The notes under the pieces: generated by a model
Database searches by the model: none
What the model saw: only the letters and a program-made list of their open reading frames with translations
Told to the model about the DNA's origin: nothing
Translations under genes and position numbers: made by a program
Origin: a virus
IMG/VR virus record: IMGVR_UViG_3300046323_000360
Span: 1 to 64,000 of that record
DNA length: 64,000 bases
Reading direction: 5' to 3' (one strand)
Part shown: one piece after another, positions 26,752 to 38,093 of the stretch
Layout of the letters: the number at the start of each line of letters is the position of its first letter
Numbering within the stretch: the first letter of the stretch is position 1

Positions 26752-29673
26752 TTAGTTTGTGCCATTGTTAAGTTTAGCTTCTAAGGCAGCTACACGAGCC
26801 TCTAATGATTTTATCTTGTCTGCCTGGATATTAACCGCCCAGTGAGTGACGGCAGATAGCTCAAAGAAAGCTACTGACTCCGGTATAAGTTTTTTATTTT
26901 TCTTGTCTTCTATGTAGACAACTAATTTTTCAAAACCATCTGCTTCCAGTTCTTCAGCGATATACCCGTAGTTTAGGGTAGCATTTTCACCAAGTTCAGC
27001 GTACTCTTCTTTATTATAAAATGATCTAATTTTAATGCTAGTAAATTTATCATAGTCTAGTTCTAAATCTTTTACTTCAGTTTTGTACCTAATACTTGAA
27101 GTATTGCGATAAACCTGATTAGTAGTCGTACTCCACTGCAACGGTTGACCAGCAGTACTAGATCCAGTAAGACCAGACGCATAAAGTTTACTACTTATAG
27201 TGGTATTAGCACCAACATCGCCAATCTGTACATCAGTTCCTCCGACATAGTTAGTGATGTTACCATAACTAAATATAGTATCAGCAAGAGTTGCTATTTG
27301 TTTTGTAGATTTAGTGAGGTCAATGTAGCATGCTGAAAAATCAGCACCTAGCTCGATACTTCCACCTCCCCAGCCGCCGAACCATCCGCTAGGTACTGTA
27401 CTGGACACCGTTAAATCATAGATAGCTAGTCCAGGAGTCCCAGAAACAGACGGGATAGAGTTTGCACCTAGCTTTGCTGACTCTGTATTAATGGTATTTT
27501 GATATGTAAATGTATCCGTAGCAAGAATTTTAGCTGCAGTAACAGCACCAGCATCAATCTTTACTGCAGTGACAGCACCAGCATTTATTTTGTCAGCCTC
27601 TACAGCGTTCGTGTTAATGTGGACTGCATTGATAGCTAAGGCATCAATTTTAGCTGCAGTAATTGAGTTAGCTAGAATTTTTCCAGCAACAACGGCTCCA
27701 GCTGCAATCTGATCTGCACCAATAGCATTGGCTGCAATAGCAGTTTGAACAATTACATTTGCACCAAATAAGTTGCTTGAATTTAGAGCACCTGAAGCTA
27801 GAGCACCGGGAGTAACAGCAGCATTAGCAAAAGGCCAGTTACTTAGCGGAGCATTTAGTTTTGCTGCTATGAGATCAGCATCAACTAGAGGTTTGATAGT
27901 AGTTGTTGCCTGGGCAGAAGCAGCAGTAGCGTTTCCACTAACATCTATGGATATGAATTTAAAGTAGTAGGCAACGTTATAGGAGAGATCTGAAACAATA
28001 ATAGAATCAGTATTTGAATATATTTTACCTTTCAGTGTTCCAGTCCTAGCAAGACCAGTCTGTCCAGTAATTGTCGTTCCGACAGAGGCCGCAGCATTGG
28101 TTACAGTAAAAGTAGTGCTCCCAGTAACAAGAGCAATAACCACGTTGGTCAGGTTATATTGAGCAGTAGATAGTCCAGTTATGGTGATAGTCTGCCCGGC
28201 TGTAAATCCATGAGCAGAAGATGTATTATATGTCATGGTTGTAGTACCGTTACCAGATGCTGTCGTAACAGTAGCTGTTGCTGCACCGCTTACAGGAGTA
28301 AATCCAGAAGTAGTTGATGCATGGACTTCAAGATAGTTAAGTTTACTTAGTGTTGTAGTTGTTCCATCAGCATTATTACCGTCCCAAGTAACAGTTACTG
28401 TTCCAAGTCTTGGAGCACTTAGGATAGGAGCAGACGGGACACCAACACCACCATCTAGGGCAGCAGTGCCAGTGGTAATATTTCCAGCAAGGTGCGTAGA
28501 TTCCATACCAGAGCTATCAAAGGCAAGAACTTCAAAATAGTAAGTGATACCAGGAACTAGATTCTCTATAGTTTGGGTAGTCTCGGAACCATAGCTAAGC
28601 TTTATCCAGTCCGCGCTAGGACTATCTCTATACCAAATTCGATACCCAACTAGGTCATCTAGCGGTTTAGTGTTCACATTTGTAGTTGGTGCAGTCCAGC
28701 TAAGAGTTACCCTAGACCTAGCACCAGATGCTCCGCCTTGAAGATTATATCCAGCTGTCGATAGGTTTAGCGAGGTAGGCGGCGATGGTGCGACACCATC
28801 ACTAGCTAGAGCACCCTCAGTCCAAAGAACATATCGAATACCATTCCAGTAGTAAGTAAGCCCATCCGTAGTATTTACCCAAGTAGCACCTACACGGACT
28901 TCCTTCTGAGCAACACCATAAGCATATTTACTGGTAACAGTTGTTAGCGACTGCGAAGCAGATAGTGCGGTATCAAAAGCGTACGTAAGCTGAGTAGAGC
29001 TAGGAACGCTAGCTACCTTAAATATTCCATCAATGCCATAGTACGGAGATGCTGGACCTAGATCACTCACAGAGATTATGTCGCCAGCATTAAAATGATG
29101 ACCGCCAGAAAAGTTTAAGGTGGCAACAGTAGTAGTTGCTTGAGTACTAGTTATTGCAGCTCTAGTTTTTAAAGTTGCATTAGTACTATATCCATATAAG
29201 TACGGAAAATTTGTAGTTGTAGATCCAGTTGTGTAGTATCCAGTGTGCGTAATAGTGTTACCAGGGGCTACCATCCAGCTTTTTCTAGCTGTACCTGCTG
29301 GAGCGTCGTCTCCCATTACGCTATAGGTGCCAGAAGGGTTGGCATAGCTGCCAGTTACATCTACACCACTTACAGTTATTCCTAAGCCCTTTTCAATTAG
29401 TGGATCAGCTTCAAACCATAGTTCTACTCGGTCAAGACCGCTAGCTGCACCAGTTGTCTGAGCCGGGTACCAATAGCCACCAGCAACCTTAATCCAAGGG
29501 TTAGGGCTGTTACTATTAGTAGCACCTGGCGGTGGCTCGATTATATTGCTATTAGGATTAGCAACTACAGTTGTAGTAGATCCCTTGCTATTCTTGAGCT
29601 CAACATTTTTTAGTCTCCTATCGACCGAGGATAGTAAACTAGTAAGTTTTTTACGTCTTCTTCTAAGTGCCAT
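26752..29673 (-). CDS. Central tail fibre/minor tail protein with Fn3 domains and C-terminal S74-type autocleaving chaperone
   Basis: Fn3 (LSWTAP...GYRIWY...NLVPGITYYFEVLAFD), AGAVTAxKI repeats, SSIRYK...YGYIAEEL and a terminal coiled coil. Confidence 0.85.
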   Translation of the reverse strand: MALRRRRKKLTSLLSSVDRRLKNVELKNSKGSTTTVVANPNSNIIEPPPGATNSNSPNPWIKVAGGYWYPAQTTGAASGLDRVELWFEADPLIEKGLGITVSGVDVTGSYANPSGTYSVMGDDAPAGTARKSWMVAPGNTITHTGYYTTGSTTTNFPYLYGYSTNATLKTRAAITSTQATTTVATLNFSGGHHFNAGDIISVSDLGPASPYYGIDGIFKVASVPSSTQLTYAFDTALSASQSLTTVTSKYAYGVAQKEVRVGATWVNTTDGLTYYWNGIRYVLWTEGALASDGVAPSPPTSLNLSTAGYNLQGGASGARSRVTLSWTAPTTNVNTKPLDDLVGYRIWYRDSPSADWIKLSYGSETTQTIENLVPGITYYFEVLAFDSSGMESTHLAGNITTGTAALDGGVGVPSAPILSAPRLGTVTVTWDGNNADGTTTTLSKLNYLEVHASTTSGFTPVSGAATATVTTASGNGTTTMTYNTSSAHGFTAGQTITITGLSTAQYNLTNVVIALVTGSTTFTVTNAAASVGTTITGQTGLARTGTLKGKIYSNTDSIIVSDLSYNVAYYFKFISIDVSGNATAASAQATTTIKPLVDADLIAAKLNAPLSNWPFANAAVTPGALASGALNSSNLFGANVIVQTAIAANAIGADQIAAGAVVAGKILANSITAAKIDALAINAVHINTNAVEADKINAGAVTAVKIDAGAVTAAKILATDTFTYQNTINTESAKLGANSIPSVSGTPGLAIYDLTVSSTVPSGWFGGWGGGSIELGADFSACYIDLTKSTKQIATLADTIFSYGNITNYVGGTDVQIGDVGANTTISSKLYASGLTGSSTAGQPLQWSTTTNQVYRNTSSIRYKTEVKDLELDYDKFTSIKIRSFYNKEEYAELGENATLNYGYIAEELEADGFEKLVVYIEDKKNKKLIPESVAFFELSAVTHWAVNIQADKIKSLEARVAALEAKLNNGTN

Positions 29674-29674
29674 T

Positions 29675-31993
29675 TTATACGTTAGTCCTTATATATTGAT
29701 ATGCTTTTGCTCCGTTGTAGCCATTTAAAACAAAACTATAGCTAGTATCTGAAGTAAGACCAGTAGCAGTATATGTAGTCTGAACAACACCACCAGAAGC
29801 AACTGACCATGTATTAATGGTTGTACCGTCCTTTGTCAATGTTGCAGATAGTGTAGTAGGGTTTTCCTGAAGAATTAGAACACTAAACGTCGCTGATGTG
29901 CTGGTAACTTCAGTTACTACTAGGTCAAGCCTAGCTACTCCAACAGTATCTATAGCTCTTTCTAGAACTAGCTGAAGAGTAACCTGCTCAGGGAAACTAG
30001 GGTTATCCGGAACAGTTACCTCATAAGAATCTATTTTTCGTAGTAACATGCCCTGTCTATCCCCCTGAGTGGAGCCAGGTTCTAGGTCACTCTGCAATCT
30101 TAGTGACACAAAGTCATCATTATTTATGATCACCGAACACCAGTCACCAGGAGAATATGAGCCAACTTCTGGTCTTACAGAGCCATTGACTACTACCGAA
30201 AAATGAGAAACAGGCGGTAAAGACTCACTTAGGTAGCGAGCAGCATAGTTATAAAGTGTGTCCTCGTCGCTAACACCATTAACTTTTTCAACTTGATCAA
30301 GTATAGGCCATCCAGCATCAATATACTCTATTGAACTCTCTCCAGCATAAGGAAGACTGGCATCCGAGTTACCAGTATCATCCTCGCCTTGAACCCAGAA
30401 GCGAGTGGCTGCATCTTCAGCAGTCTCTTCCATACTCGCCCCTAGAATGCTTCCAGGGTGCTCAAAAACTACTTGATCCGCTCCGAATGCGCTAGGAGGT
30501 GCGTATTGACCTACTGGTAATACATCCCCCGGAAGTGTGTTCAAATAGGTAACTAAAGAATCTGGTTTTAGAGGTAAGAAAACAAATGTCTTATCAAATT
30601 TTCCAGTTGTAGCGTTATAAGCGCAGTCAATTCTATATTCAAAACCATCAGGAACATTAGAGTAATCGTCTAAAATGTCACCAACAGTCCTAAGCTCTGA
30701 ACCCCTAAATAGTGGATTTACTCTAGGATTCTGGGAGCTTAGAGCACTGGCTGGATCGTAAGAGATATCTAAACCAGAATTTAACGTGTACTCACCGTAA
30801 CTAGCGAATCTTGCGGAAGGGCTTCTAGTGACTGTTGCTCCAGAACCTACAGCACTAGTTACAATTTCTATAGCAAAAGGAGTACTGTACGAGAATGTTG
30901 TAGTGGTTGGCACCGAAGTAACTGTCCACTCCCCATCTACGGCTCCATGGACATTATTTACAGTCACAATATCGCCTACTGAAATACCGTGAGTTGTCGA
31001 TGTAGTCAGCGTGACAGTACCGTCAATACCTCTAGCAATGTAGGTAATAGTGCTAACAGAAGGCGATAGTGCAGTAGATCCGCTATTAGATCCAGTGTTA
31101 GCAAATGTTACGCTATTACTAGAAGGAGTGCTGATAACTATATGGCGACCATTTGACTCTCCTAGGGAGTTTGTCATATAGCTCGTAGGGACATTTCTAA
31201 GTGTAAACCGCTGACCAGGAATTAGATAGTGATCTTCATTAAAGACTAAGGTAGCAACGTTGCTACTTCTAGAAATAGAAGAAATAGCTTGATCAAAGTT
31301 ACTTGCTGGCTCTATCTCGGTATTGGGAAATTTCATAGAGTACAGATCAAGCTTTAGAGACTCTAACAGGTCGCGCATATATTCGTAGCTATCTTGACGA
31401 ACTGTAACGGTACAAGCATCATCAGTAAAACTACCAGCAATAGTACCAAAAGAGAATGTAGTAGTGTTAGTTACTCCAGTTATTGTGTAGTAGCCATTCT
31501 TACCGTAGTTAACATCGGACCCGAAACTAATAAAAATCGGGGAGTTTACAGTAAAAGTATGAGTATCATACGTTAGTACAGCTGTAGCTGTACCAGAGCC
31601 ATTCAAAGTAATTGTAGCTTCATACTCATTTTTCCAAGTTTTCCATAGAACTCGGTGATATAGGTAGCTTGTAAATTCTGCACCAGAAATATTCAAAGTT
31701 TTAGATGCAAGGTCATAACTTCTTGCCCACAATATCCCGCCCCATACGCATATATTGTCTCTAACTATAAACAGTGCAGTTTTACCAGGAAGAGTATTCG
31801 CATACAGTTCCATATTAAAAGTTCCATCGATAACTGGAATATCACCACTAAATGATCCAGCTTCTTTCAAAGAACGAGTATATTTTACGTTCTGAAAAGG
31901 AATCTCATTTAAGATATTCCCTGTAACTAGGTCAGCAACTATGTATTTATAGTTGGAAACTAGATCCTGTTTTGCTGTAGATATCGCTACCAT
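29675..31993 (-). CDS. Minor tail (baseplate hub-like) protein
   Basis: YKYIVADLVTG...WGGILWAR N-terminus typical of actinophage minor tail proteins; follows the distal tail gene. Confidence 0.8.
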   Translation of the reverse strand: MVAISTAKQDLVSNYKYIVADLVTGNILNEIPFQNVKYTRSLKEAGSFSGDIPVIDGTFNMELYANTLPGKTALFIVRDNICVWGGILWARSYDLASKTLNISGAEFTSYLYHRVLWKTWKNEYEATITLNGSGTATAVLTYDTHTFTVNSPIFISFGSDVNYGKNGYYTITGVTNTTTFSFGTIAGSFTDDACTVTVRQDSYEYMRDLLESLKLDLYSMKFPNTEIEPASNFDQAISSISRSSNVATLVFNEDHYLIPGQRFTLRNVPTSYMTNSLGESNGRHIVISTPSSNSVTFANTGSNSGSTALSPSVSTITYIARGIDGTVTLTTSTTHGISVGDIVTVNNVHGAVDGEWTVTSVPTTTTFSYSTPFAIEIVTSAVGSGATVTRSPSARFASYGEYTLNSGLDISYDPASALSSQNPRVNPLFRGSELRTVGDILDDYSNVPDGFEYRIDCAYNATTGKFDKTFVFLPLKPDSLVTYLNTLPGDVLPVGQYAPPSAFGADQVVFEHPGSILGASMEETAEDAATRFWVQGEDDTGNSDASLPYAGESSIEYIDAGWPILDQVEKVNGVSDEDTLYNYAARYLSESLPPVSHFSVVVNGSVRPEVGSYSPGDWCSVIINNDDFVSLRLQSDLEPGSTQGDRQGMLLRKIDSYEVTVPDNPSFPEQVTLQLVLERAIDTVGVARLDLVVTEVTSTSATFSVLILQENPTTLSATLTKDGTTINTWSVASGGVVQTTYTATGLTSDTSYSFVLNGYNGAKAYQYIRTNV

Positions 31994-32039
31994 TTACACT
32001 CGCATCGTTTGTCTAATTGTCTTTTAATAAGTATAACAG

Positions 32040-32951
32040 CTAGCCAATCCAGCCAGAACGATAGTACATTTTACATGTGAGACCAGTACCACCAGTAAAT
32101 GTAAGGGTATTACTACCTGGTTCTAGATAAATCCAGTCAATCAAAGTTTTTACTTTAGTTCGTCCGCTCTCTATAGTAGATCCGTTTACAGTTATAACGT
32201 CCCGATTGTGGGTATCTATTTCTAGGGTTCCAGTAAAATTCTTATTTATACCGGTTATTGTTTCAGTAGTATATCCGGTAGCAGTTTTAGTAATAGTTGC
32301 AGTACCAGAAGAGTAAGTACCTGATATTTCAAAGATAATTGGGGTTCTCACATTGCCAGAATTAGTTACAGTTACTCCGCTACTAATCACATTAGCGGTC
32401 TTATAGCCGCCATCGGTAGCTACATACTCGTATTTAATGGGGTCAGCTGCACGAAGTCCGATAGAGAACTCTGTTCTACCTCTAGCAGTGACAGTTGCAA
32501 TATCTGGACGACCGTTTAGCCGCACAAAGGTAGTTTTAGGGGTAGATTCATTTACAGTAAGCCAATCACCCTCATATACAAGGCTAGTTGCTGATATAAG
32601 TGTATTCCTAGCTGCCTCAACCTTAGACGGGTCAGGTGTTAAAAATACACCACTAAGCGTGATATCACGAGCTGCCCAGCGACCTCTGGCATCATATGAT
32701 CCATCACCCCACCCGCGAGCTAGTTCTGGCATCTGAGGGTCTGGATGCTCCCACCAGCCCTGTATGTCTGTACAAACCCATACAACGCCATTGGCATCCA
32801 CCGTATTGAGAGTTAAACTACCTAGAGATATGTCAGCATTGAGCTGCATACCGGTAACGTATGGATACGGATACTTAGTAAGAGCAATATTTACTTGCTT
32901 ATTTTCAGCAGCCTGAGTACCCGGATTAGTAGTTAAGCTTGGATCTACCAT
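32040..32951 (-). CDS. Distal tail protein (Dit)
   Basis: Immediately after the tape measure; GW...DG, ADPIKY, LEPGSN and YRSGW motifs. Confidence 0.8.
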   Translation of the reverse strand: MVDPSLTTNPGTQAAENKQVNIALTKYPYPYVTGMQLNADISLGSLTLNTVDANGVVWVCTDIQGWWEHPDPQMPELARGWGDGSYDARGRWAARDITLSGVFLTPDPSKVEAARNTLISATSLVYEGDWLTVNESTPKTTFVRLNGRPDIATVTARGRTEFSIGLRAADPIKYEYVATDGGYKTANVISSGVTVTNSGNVRTPIIFEISGTYSSGTATITKTATGYTTETITGINKNFTGTLEIDTHNRDVITVNGSTIESGRTKVKTLIDWIYLEPGSNTLTFTGGTGLTCKMYYRSGWIG

Positions 32952-35900
32952 TAGATTGTTCCCTTACGAATCTCGAATGCAATTCTTCTAGATACCATTT
33001 CTGCTAGTGAACGTTCATCCATACCAGGAGATGGATTTATGACCATGTTTATGGTAGGGGCTGTTTTAACTGATTGGTTGTTATTAATTCTATCTAGTAG
33101 CTCCCTATTCTCAGAGGTTGCCCTAGCATTGATTATATATTCACCATTTGAAAGCATCGCTGGTATCGAGTCAGAGCGGGATGTTCCAGCACCAGATACA
33201 TAACCACCAGGAGCTAGACGCTTAACATATCCACCATTGGCAAATCCGACAAATCCACCATCTTTTTTCTTAGGACCTGTAAGCCATCCAAAGATGTTAT
33301 CCCAAAAACCAGAACCCTTACCGTAATTCTTTTTTATACTCTCTAGTTTTTCAGTAGCTTTACCAGTATTCGCATCTACAGAAATTTGAATATCTTTAGG
33401 GGTACCTAGAAGTGTATCTGCTAAAGTTTTTGCTTTATCTTTTGTTAGTCCCATTTTTTCGGCTGCCTTGACAAGGGATTCTCTACCCTTATCCATTGAT
33501 TTGGTGAGCTCATCGGTATTTCCAGTAGCCTTATAGATAGCAGTAGCTTGGTTAACTGCTGATCTAGCTAGGTCATCAAGTGCTGACTGGTTACTTCTAC
33601 CAGCAGCTGTAGTGATATCTAGATTTTTACCATTAGTTTTTACTGACTCAGTTACGCTATCTACTGCAGCTTCAAATCTTCTGACTGCATCTCTAGTGTC
33701 AAGATTGGTCTTACCAAATCCTAAAATCTTGTCAGAAAGCCACTGAACTTTTTTAGATGCATTATCTGCAGCAGTATCGACGCCACCTAAACCACTAGCC
33801 ATAATATTTGAATAATCACCACCGCGCTGCATAGCAATATTTAGAAGCGTAGTATCATCTGTAGCCATTCCTGCATTTCTAGCAGTCTCCGCCAACTGGG
33901 TCTTCAGTTCTGGCATAGCTTCTAAGAATCGACGTGCATCAGCGTCAGTCATCTGGTATGCCTTGGTAAGCTCTAAAAATTTAGAAGAAGCATCAGGAAT
34001 AGAGCTACCAGCAAGCTGAGCCAGTGCAGATCCAGTATTTCCAATAGCGGTCTCAACTTTTGTCCAGTCAGACTCTTTATCAAACCAGTCCTGAGTACCA
34101 CCTATACTCTTACCAAATCCAGTATTTTCTTTACTTAGTGCAGCCAATACTAGTTTCATTTTATCGCCACTAGTAGCTAAGTCATCCATACTGGTTATAT
34201 AGGTATTTAGATGTACAATTGGGGTATCTCCAATCATACCGCTTATCTCTCTCTTAACATACATGATGTTTCCACCAGTATCTTTGAGAGCCTCTTTCAT
34301 GACATCTACACCAGATTTACCTGATAAAAATGCATTTCTAATTTTTTCGCCTGAAGTTACAGAATCTTTTTTAGCCTGCTCTAGTTGGTCATTTAGAGCT
34401 ATAACTCCAGCAACAACAGCGCCAATAATGCCTACTACACCAAAAGCACCTTTAAGGACCACACCAAACTTACCAACAGCAGTGGTTGCGGTGGTAAAAG
34501 CACCTGGAAGCCCCTTAATCATATTGTAGGGGCCTAGTATGACACCAGCAATAATCTTAAATCCAAAGCTAAATGCTTTGTGTAGAGTACCAACTGCTAG
34601 AGCTACACCTGAAATCTGAGTAACTATATTGACTAAACTCTTGAAAGTCTCATTATTAAGCGCATCCGCTGCAAATTTAGCGACATTTCTAAGAGTGCCA
34701 AAGTATACATTTATTTGCCCACTATCTGCAAAAATAGAAGCAATTTTAGTAATTTGAACTATCAAATCAGCAAGGATAGGTCCTGCTTTGGCTCCCTCGC
34801 GCAACATGCTACCTAGGTAAGGAGCACCTAGAGCTAAGGTATCAAAAGTTTTTTTAATTTCTGGCATATCAGCAAGCTTGCCAATTTCAGAAACTAAAGA
34901 ACCAACTGACTGAAGAATAGCTTTAGAGTTTTTAGAGGCACCTAGAAAATAACCCTGAAGGTTTGCTTTGCCCATGTTCTCTGAGAGTTCTGCCCACTTT
35001 TTAGTGGCACCCTTAAGCCAGTTAAGCATATACTGACCACCACCAACAGTACCAAAGTTGGCTTTTATAATGTCACCTAAGAAGTTGAAACTATTGCCAA
35101 AAACCTTGCCAAAATCAGCAGCTAGTTCTCCAGATCTATTAAAGAACTTTTCCAACTCCCCGGATGCTGCTTTAGTATCTAAGAAGTTACTGAAGGTTTC
35201 GCTTTGCTTCTCTAGATAGCCTACAAAACGACGAGTCAAGGGGTCAGCAGCTTTGATTATTGTTAGTAGACTGCTATAAACATTTCCTGCAATATTCCCA
35301 AAAGAAGGTAGCAATCTTGCCATATTATCTAGAACATCTTGTAGATTAGCTAGATTCTTTGGAGATAGTAGTTTATCCGTGAAGTTGGCAGCAGCTAGTC
35401 CCATTGCCTGACCTATCCTATAAAATCCAGTCTGTAGGATTTTAGGGAGCGGAGATGCAACAATTCTTTCTAGCTGATCCTGCAAGATAGGTAGAAATCC
35501 TTTAGCAGCTGCTTCTTTTAGATCATCTAGGAGCGGTTTGAGACTAGCTAAATACTGCGCAAACTTTTTTTGACTAGGTGTTAGACCTGCATAAGGGTCT
35601 GCACCACCACCTGAAGCATCTTTATTAGCATCTTTAGCTGATTTAGCTTTACGAAGTGCTAGTTCTGCTTCATTGTATGCTAGCTGCGCTTCCCTACGAG
35701 CTACGCTATTCCCAGGTAGATCCTGGGTCCTTAGCAGTGCCTCTCTAGCTTTTTCTAAATTAAGTGCAGCCCTGTCAACAGTGAGCGCTGCCTCTTCTGC
35801 ATCAAATCCTATTTGCTTTAGTGATTTGCCGTACCCACCGTTGGCTTTAGTAGCAGCTTGCACTGCTTTCATTATACCACCTAGTGCTAGCTTTGCAACT

Positions 35901-36247
35901 CCAAAGCCAACTTTCAAGGTAATCATTGCACTACCTAAAGCTGCTATAGACCCAGCGGCCCCTCCAGCAGCTCCAACTATAGCACCTAGACCTCCGACTA
36001 GGTCAGATACTCCAGCAGCTAAAGTTCCTACAGCTGTCTGAAGTTTGAAACTTGCTTTAGCTAGAGATGTCCATTTATCTTTAGCTGCCTCAGCCTCTCT
36101 TGCAAAGTCAGACTTAAAAGTCTTAGCTATACTTTGACCAGTTTTTTTAATGGTATCTTCGGCACCATCAAAACCACGCCTAATGTCATCTTTAACACTA
36201 GTAGTTATAGCACGAACGACAATATGAGCCTCGCCTACTACAGCCAT
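32951..36247 (-). CDS. Tape measure protein
   Basis: 1098 aa, Ala/Gly-rich helical, MAVVGEAHIVV start, C-terminal GTSRSDSIPAMLSNGEYI; follows the chaperones. Confidence 0.92.
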   Translation of the reverse strand: MAVVGEAHIVVRAITTSVKDDIRRGFDGAEDTIKKTGQSIAKTFKSDFAREAEAAKDKWTSLAKASFKLQTAVGTLAAGVSDLVGGLGAIVGAAGGAAGSIAALGSAMITLKVGFGVAKLALGGIMKAVQAATKANGGYGKSLKQIGFDAEEAALTVDRAALNLEKAREALLRTQDLPGNSVARREAQLAYNEAELALRKAKSAKDANKDASGGGADPYAGLTPSQKKFAQYLASLKPLLDDLKEAAAKGFLPILQDQLERIVASPLPKILQTGFYRIGQAMGLAAANFTDKLLSPKNLANLQDVLDNMARLLPSFGNIAGNVYSSLLTIIKAADPLTRRFVGYLEKQSETFSNFLDTKAASGELEKFFNRSGELAADFGKVFGNSFNFLGDIIKANFGTVGGGQYMLNWLKGATKKWAELSENMGKANLQGYFLGASKNSKAILQSVGSLVSEIGKLADMPEIKKTFDTLALGAPYLGSMLREGAKAGPILADLIVQITKIASIFADSGQINVYFGTLRNVAKFAADALNNETFKSLVNIVTQISGVALAVGTLHKAFSFGFKIIAGVILGPYNMIKGLPGAFTTATTAVGKFGVVLKGAFGVVGIIGAVVAGVIALNDQLEQAKKDSVTSGEKIRNAFLSGKSGVDVMKEALKDTGGNIMYVKREISGMIGDTPIVHLNTYITSMDDLATSGDKMKLVLAALSKENTGFGKSIGGTQDWFDKESDWTKVETAIGNTGSALAQLAGSSIPDASSKFLELTKAYQMTDADARRFLEAMPELKTQLAETARNAGMATDDTTLLNIAMQRGGDYSNIMASGLGGVDTAADNASKKVQWLSDKILGFGKTNLDTRDAVRRFEAAVDSVTESVKTNGKNLDITTAAGRSNQSALDDLARSAVNQATAIYKATGNTDELTKSMDKGRESLVKAAEKMGLTKDKAKTLADTLLGTPKDIQISVDANTGKATEKLESIKKNYGKGSGFWDNIFGWLTGPKKKDGGFVGFANGGYVKRLAPGGYVSGAGTSRSDSIPAMLSNGEYIINARATSENRELLDRINNNQSVKTAPTINMVINPSPGMDERSLAEMVSRRIAFEIRKGTI

Positions 36248-36280
36248 TTAACTACTCCTACTCTCTATTAAAGACGGCAA

Positions 36281-36963
36281 CTATCCAATTGGTGCGTCTA
36301 GAACATCTCCAAATGGATTCATAGAATCTGGATTGAATTCCGTTGGTTCTATATATGGTTTTAGTTCAATACCATCTTCTGATTTTGTAGGTTCAGGTTT
36401 CTCTATTACTGCATATGCATAATCTTTTTCATACATTGCTTTATATAGCCTGATTCTACGTCTTTCAGTTATGATGGCATGTTCCTGGGAGATAAAACTA
36501 TTGTCTTCTTCAAAGAAATAATGAATAACATCTAACATGTCTGATGCTTCCATCTGTAGTAGATGTATATCGTTCACTATTGCCTTTCCGTTAACGTAGT
36601 GCCAGAGGTCTATTGCCCAGTCGATTAGTCCTCTGGCTGCTGATTTGGGCGGTTAGTATACTCTGACATTAGCCACGATACAATCTCGCTTAGGGTCTCA
36701 ACAGGAACTACTTTGTCCTTATCTTTAACTAGAGCATCAAAACGCTCGAAGCTCTCATTAATAAGTACATGAGAGAAAAAATCATTGATCATGCGCAAAG
36801 ATCCGACGGAATCACTCTCATCATTTGCAGCCGAGATAAGTTCAATAAGGAATCTGCCTTGAATAGCCTTTACACAAAAAAACTCTTCACCATGTATCTT
36901 GAAGGAGATAGGCTCTACGTTTTCTTGATCTGGTCCAGAACCAAAGTCTTTGAATCTAGTCAT
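36281..36963 (-). CDS. Tail assembly chaperones G (36963-36625) and GT (-1 frameshift into 36577-36281)
   Basis: Slippery C_CCA_AAT at 36649-36643. The -1 frame (PKSAARGLIDWAIDLWHYVNGKAIVNDIH...) is open into the 98-aa ORF. Position is upstream of the tape measure. Confidence 0.85.
36601..36649 (-). promoter_or_regulatory. -1 programmed ribosomal frameshift signal (tail chaperone)
   Basis: CCCAAAT, then a 5-nt spacer, then a stem GCCAGAGG...CCTCTGGC (36637-36601). Confidence 0.85.
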
Positions 36964-37039
36964 TTTTTTCTTTCTTGTTATTTGTATTTGTATTTAGGTA
37001 TTTACCTGATATAAGTTTATCAAAATAAAAAACTGTCTA

Positions 37040-37582
37040 TTAGTACTTAAAGTGTCTAAGTTGACGGCTTAGGTATGGATTAGGTCTAGTTCCAGGGTGT
37101 AAAACTCTCTGACTTCTAATAATTTTAGATCCAGATCTAAATACCAAAACTCCACCTTCATCCTTAGGAGCGATAAAATGAGGTTTAGATCCGTTATGAT
37201 GTAGCAGGGCATAACTCAGGTTGGATCCCATTATTACGGTCTGCCCCCTGGAGTCAGCAGTGTGAGTTTTATATAAAGACTTTCTAAGTGCTCCAGTTCT
37301 AACACCAACTTGAGCCTTAGCACCATACATAGCCATAGTGCTACGTCGCTCTAGGTCTTTCCAAAGCCCTCCGGCTGGAGTATGTAGTTCCAGATTTAGT
37401 GCCCATTCGTAGAACTTAATATCCTTATAACTCAGTGTCATAGTTATGTTTGTAGTTCTAAAAGCTACACCAGTTGCTTGTCTAGTTGATCTTCCAGATC
37501 TTCTAGATCTAGTAGATTTTCTAAGTGCCTTACCTACATAGTAGCCACCTATGCTATCTCCGATTAGCCCGTATGCTGGCAT
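37040..37582 (-). CDS. HK97 gp10-like tail completion/neck protein
   Basis: VGVRTGALRKS, YALLHHNGSKPH, HPGTRPNPYL motifs. Confidence 0.75.
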   Translation of the reverse strand: MPAYGLIGDSIGGYYVGKALRKSTRSRRSGRSTRQATGVAFRTTNITMTLSYKDIKFYEWALNLELHTPAGGLWKDLERRSTMAMYGAKAQVGVRTGALRKSLYKTHTADSRGQTVIMGSNLSYALLHHNGSKPHFIAPKDEGGVLVFRSGSKIIRSQRVLHPGTRPNPYLSRQLRHFKY

Positions 37583-37583
37583 T

Positions 37584-38090
37584 TTATGGTACCGCCATGG
37601 TTATAGTCATATTGGTAGTTTGGAATCCACCCTCGGGACCAGAAGTCTCTAGAGTAGCTATCACACCTATTCCATAACCAGTTTCATCCCATTGGTCAAG
37701 TAGGTTTATAGATTCCATCAAAATCCAAGAATCTATAGCCACCATCTCAGAGGCTATCTGTATTTTTTCTGGAGAAGGTGGTCTACCATTTTGACCAACT
37801 ATGGGAGTTGCTCTAGATATAGAAATATTCAAAGTAGCACTACGAGGGACATGGCAACGCTGTGGCTCATTTACCTGAGCTCCAGGGGTACCTAAAAACA
37901 TCTGAGCAAATGAGACAACCAACTGCTCGCAGTCGATAGCTGGTTGACCCATCGTCCAGTAGCAACGGTTAGGGAGACTAACGTTATAAGACTGGAATAC
38001 TGTCTGGATGCGCTCTAAGACGCCTTCCATCATATCTCTTAGATTTGTGGCGTCTTCTGCAGCACCGCTTATATCAATAGCGGTTGCCAT
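37584..38090 (-). CDS. Putative tail terminator/neck protein
   Basis: Position in the head-tail block; C-terminal GPEGG motif. Confidence 0.6.
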   Translation of the reverse strand: MATAIDISGAAEDATNLRDMMEGVLERIQTVFQSYNVSLPNRCYWTMGQPAIDCEQLVVSFAQMFLGTPGAQVNEPQRCHVPRSATLNISISRATPIVGQNGRPPSPEKIQIASEMVAIDSWILMESINLLDQWDETGYGIGVIATLETSGPEGGFQTTNMTITMAVP

Positions 38091-38093
38091 TTA

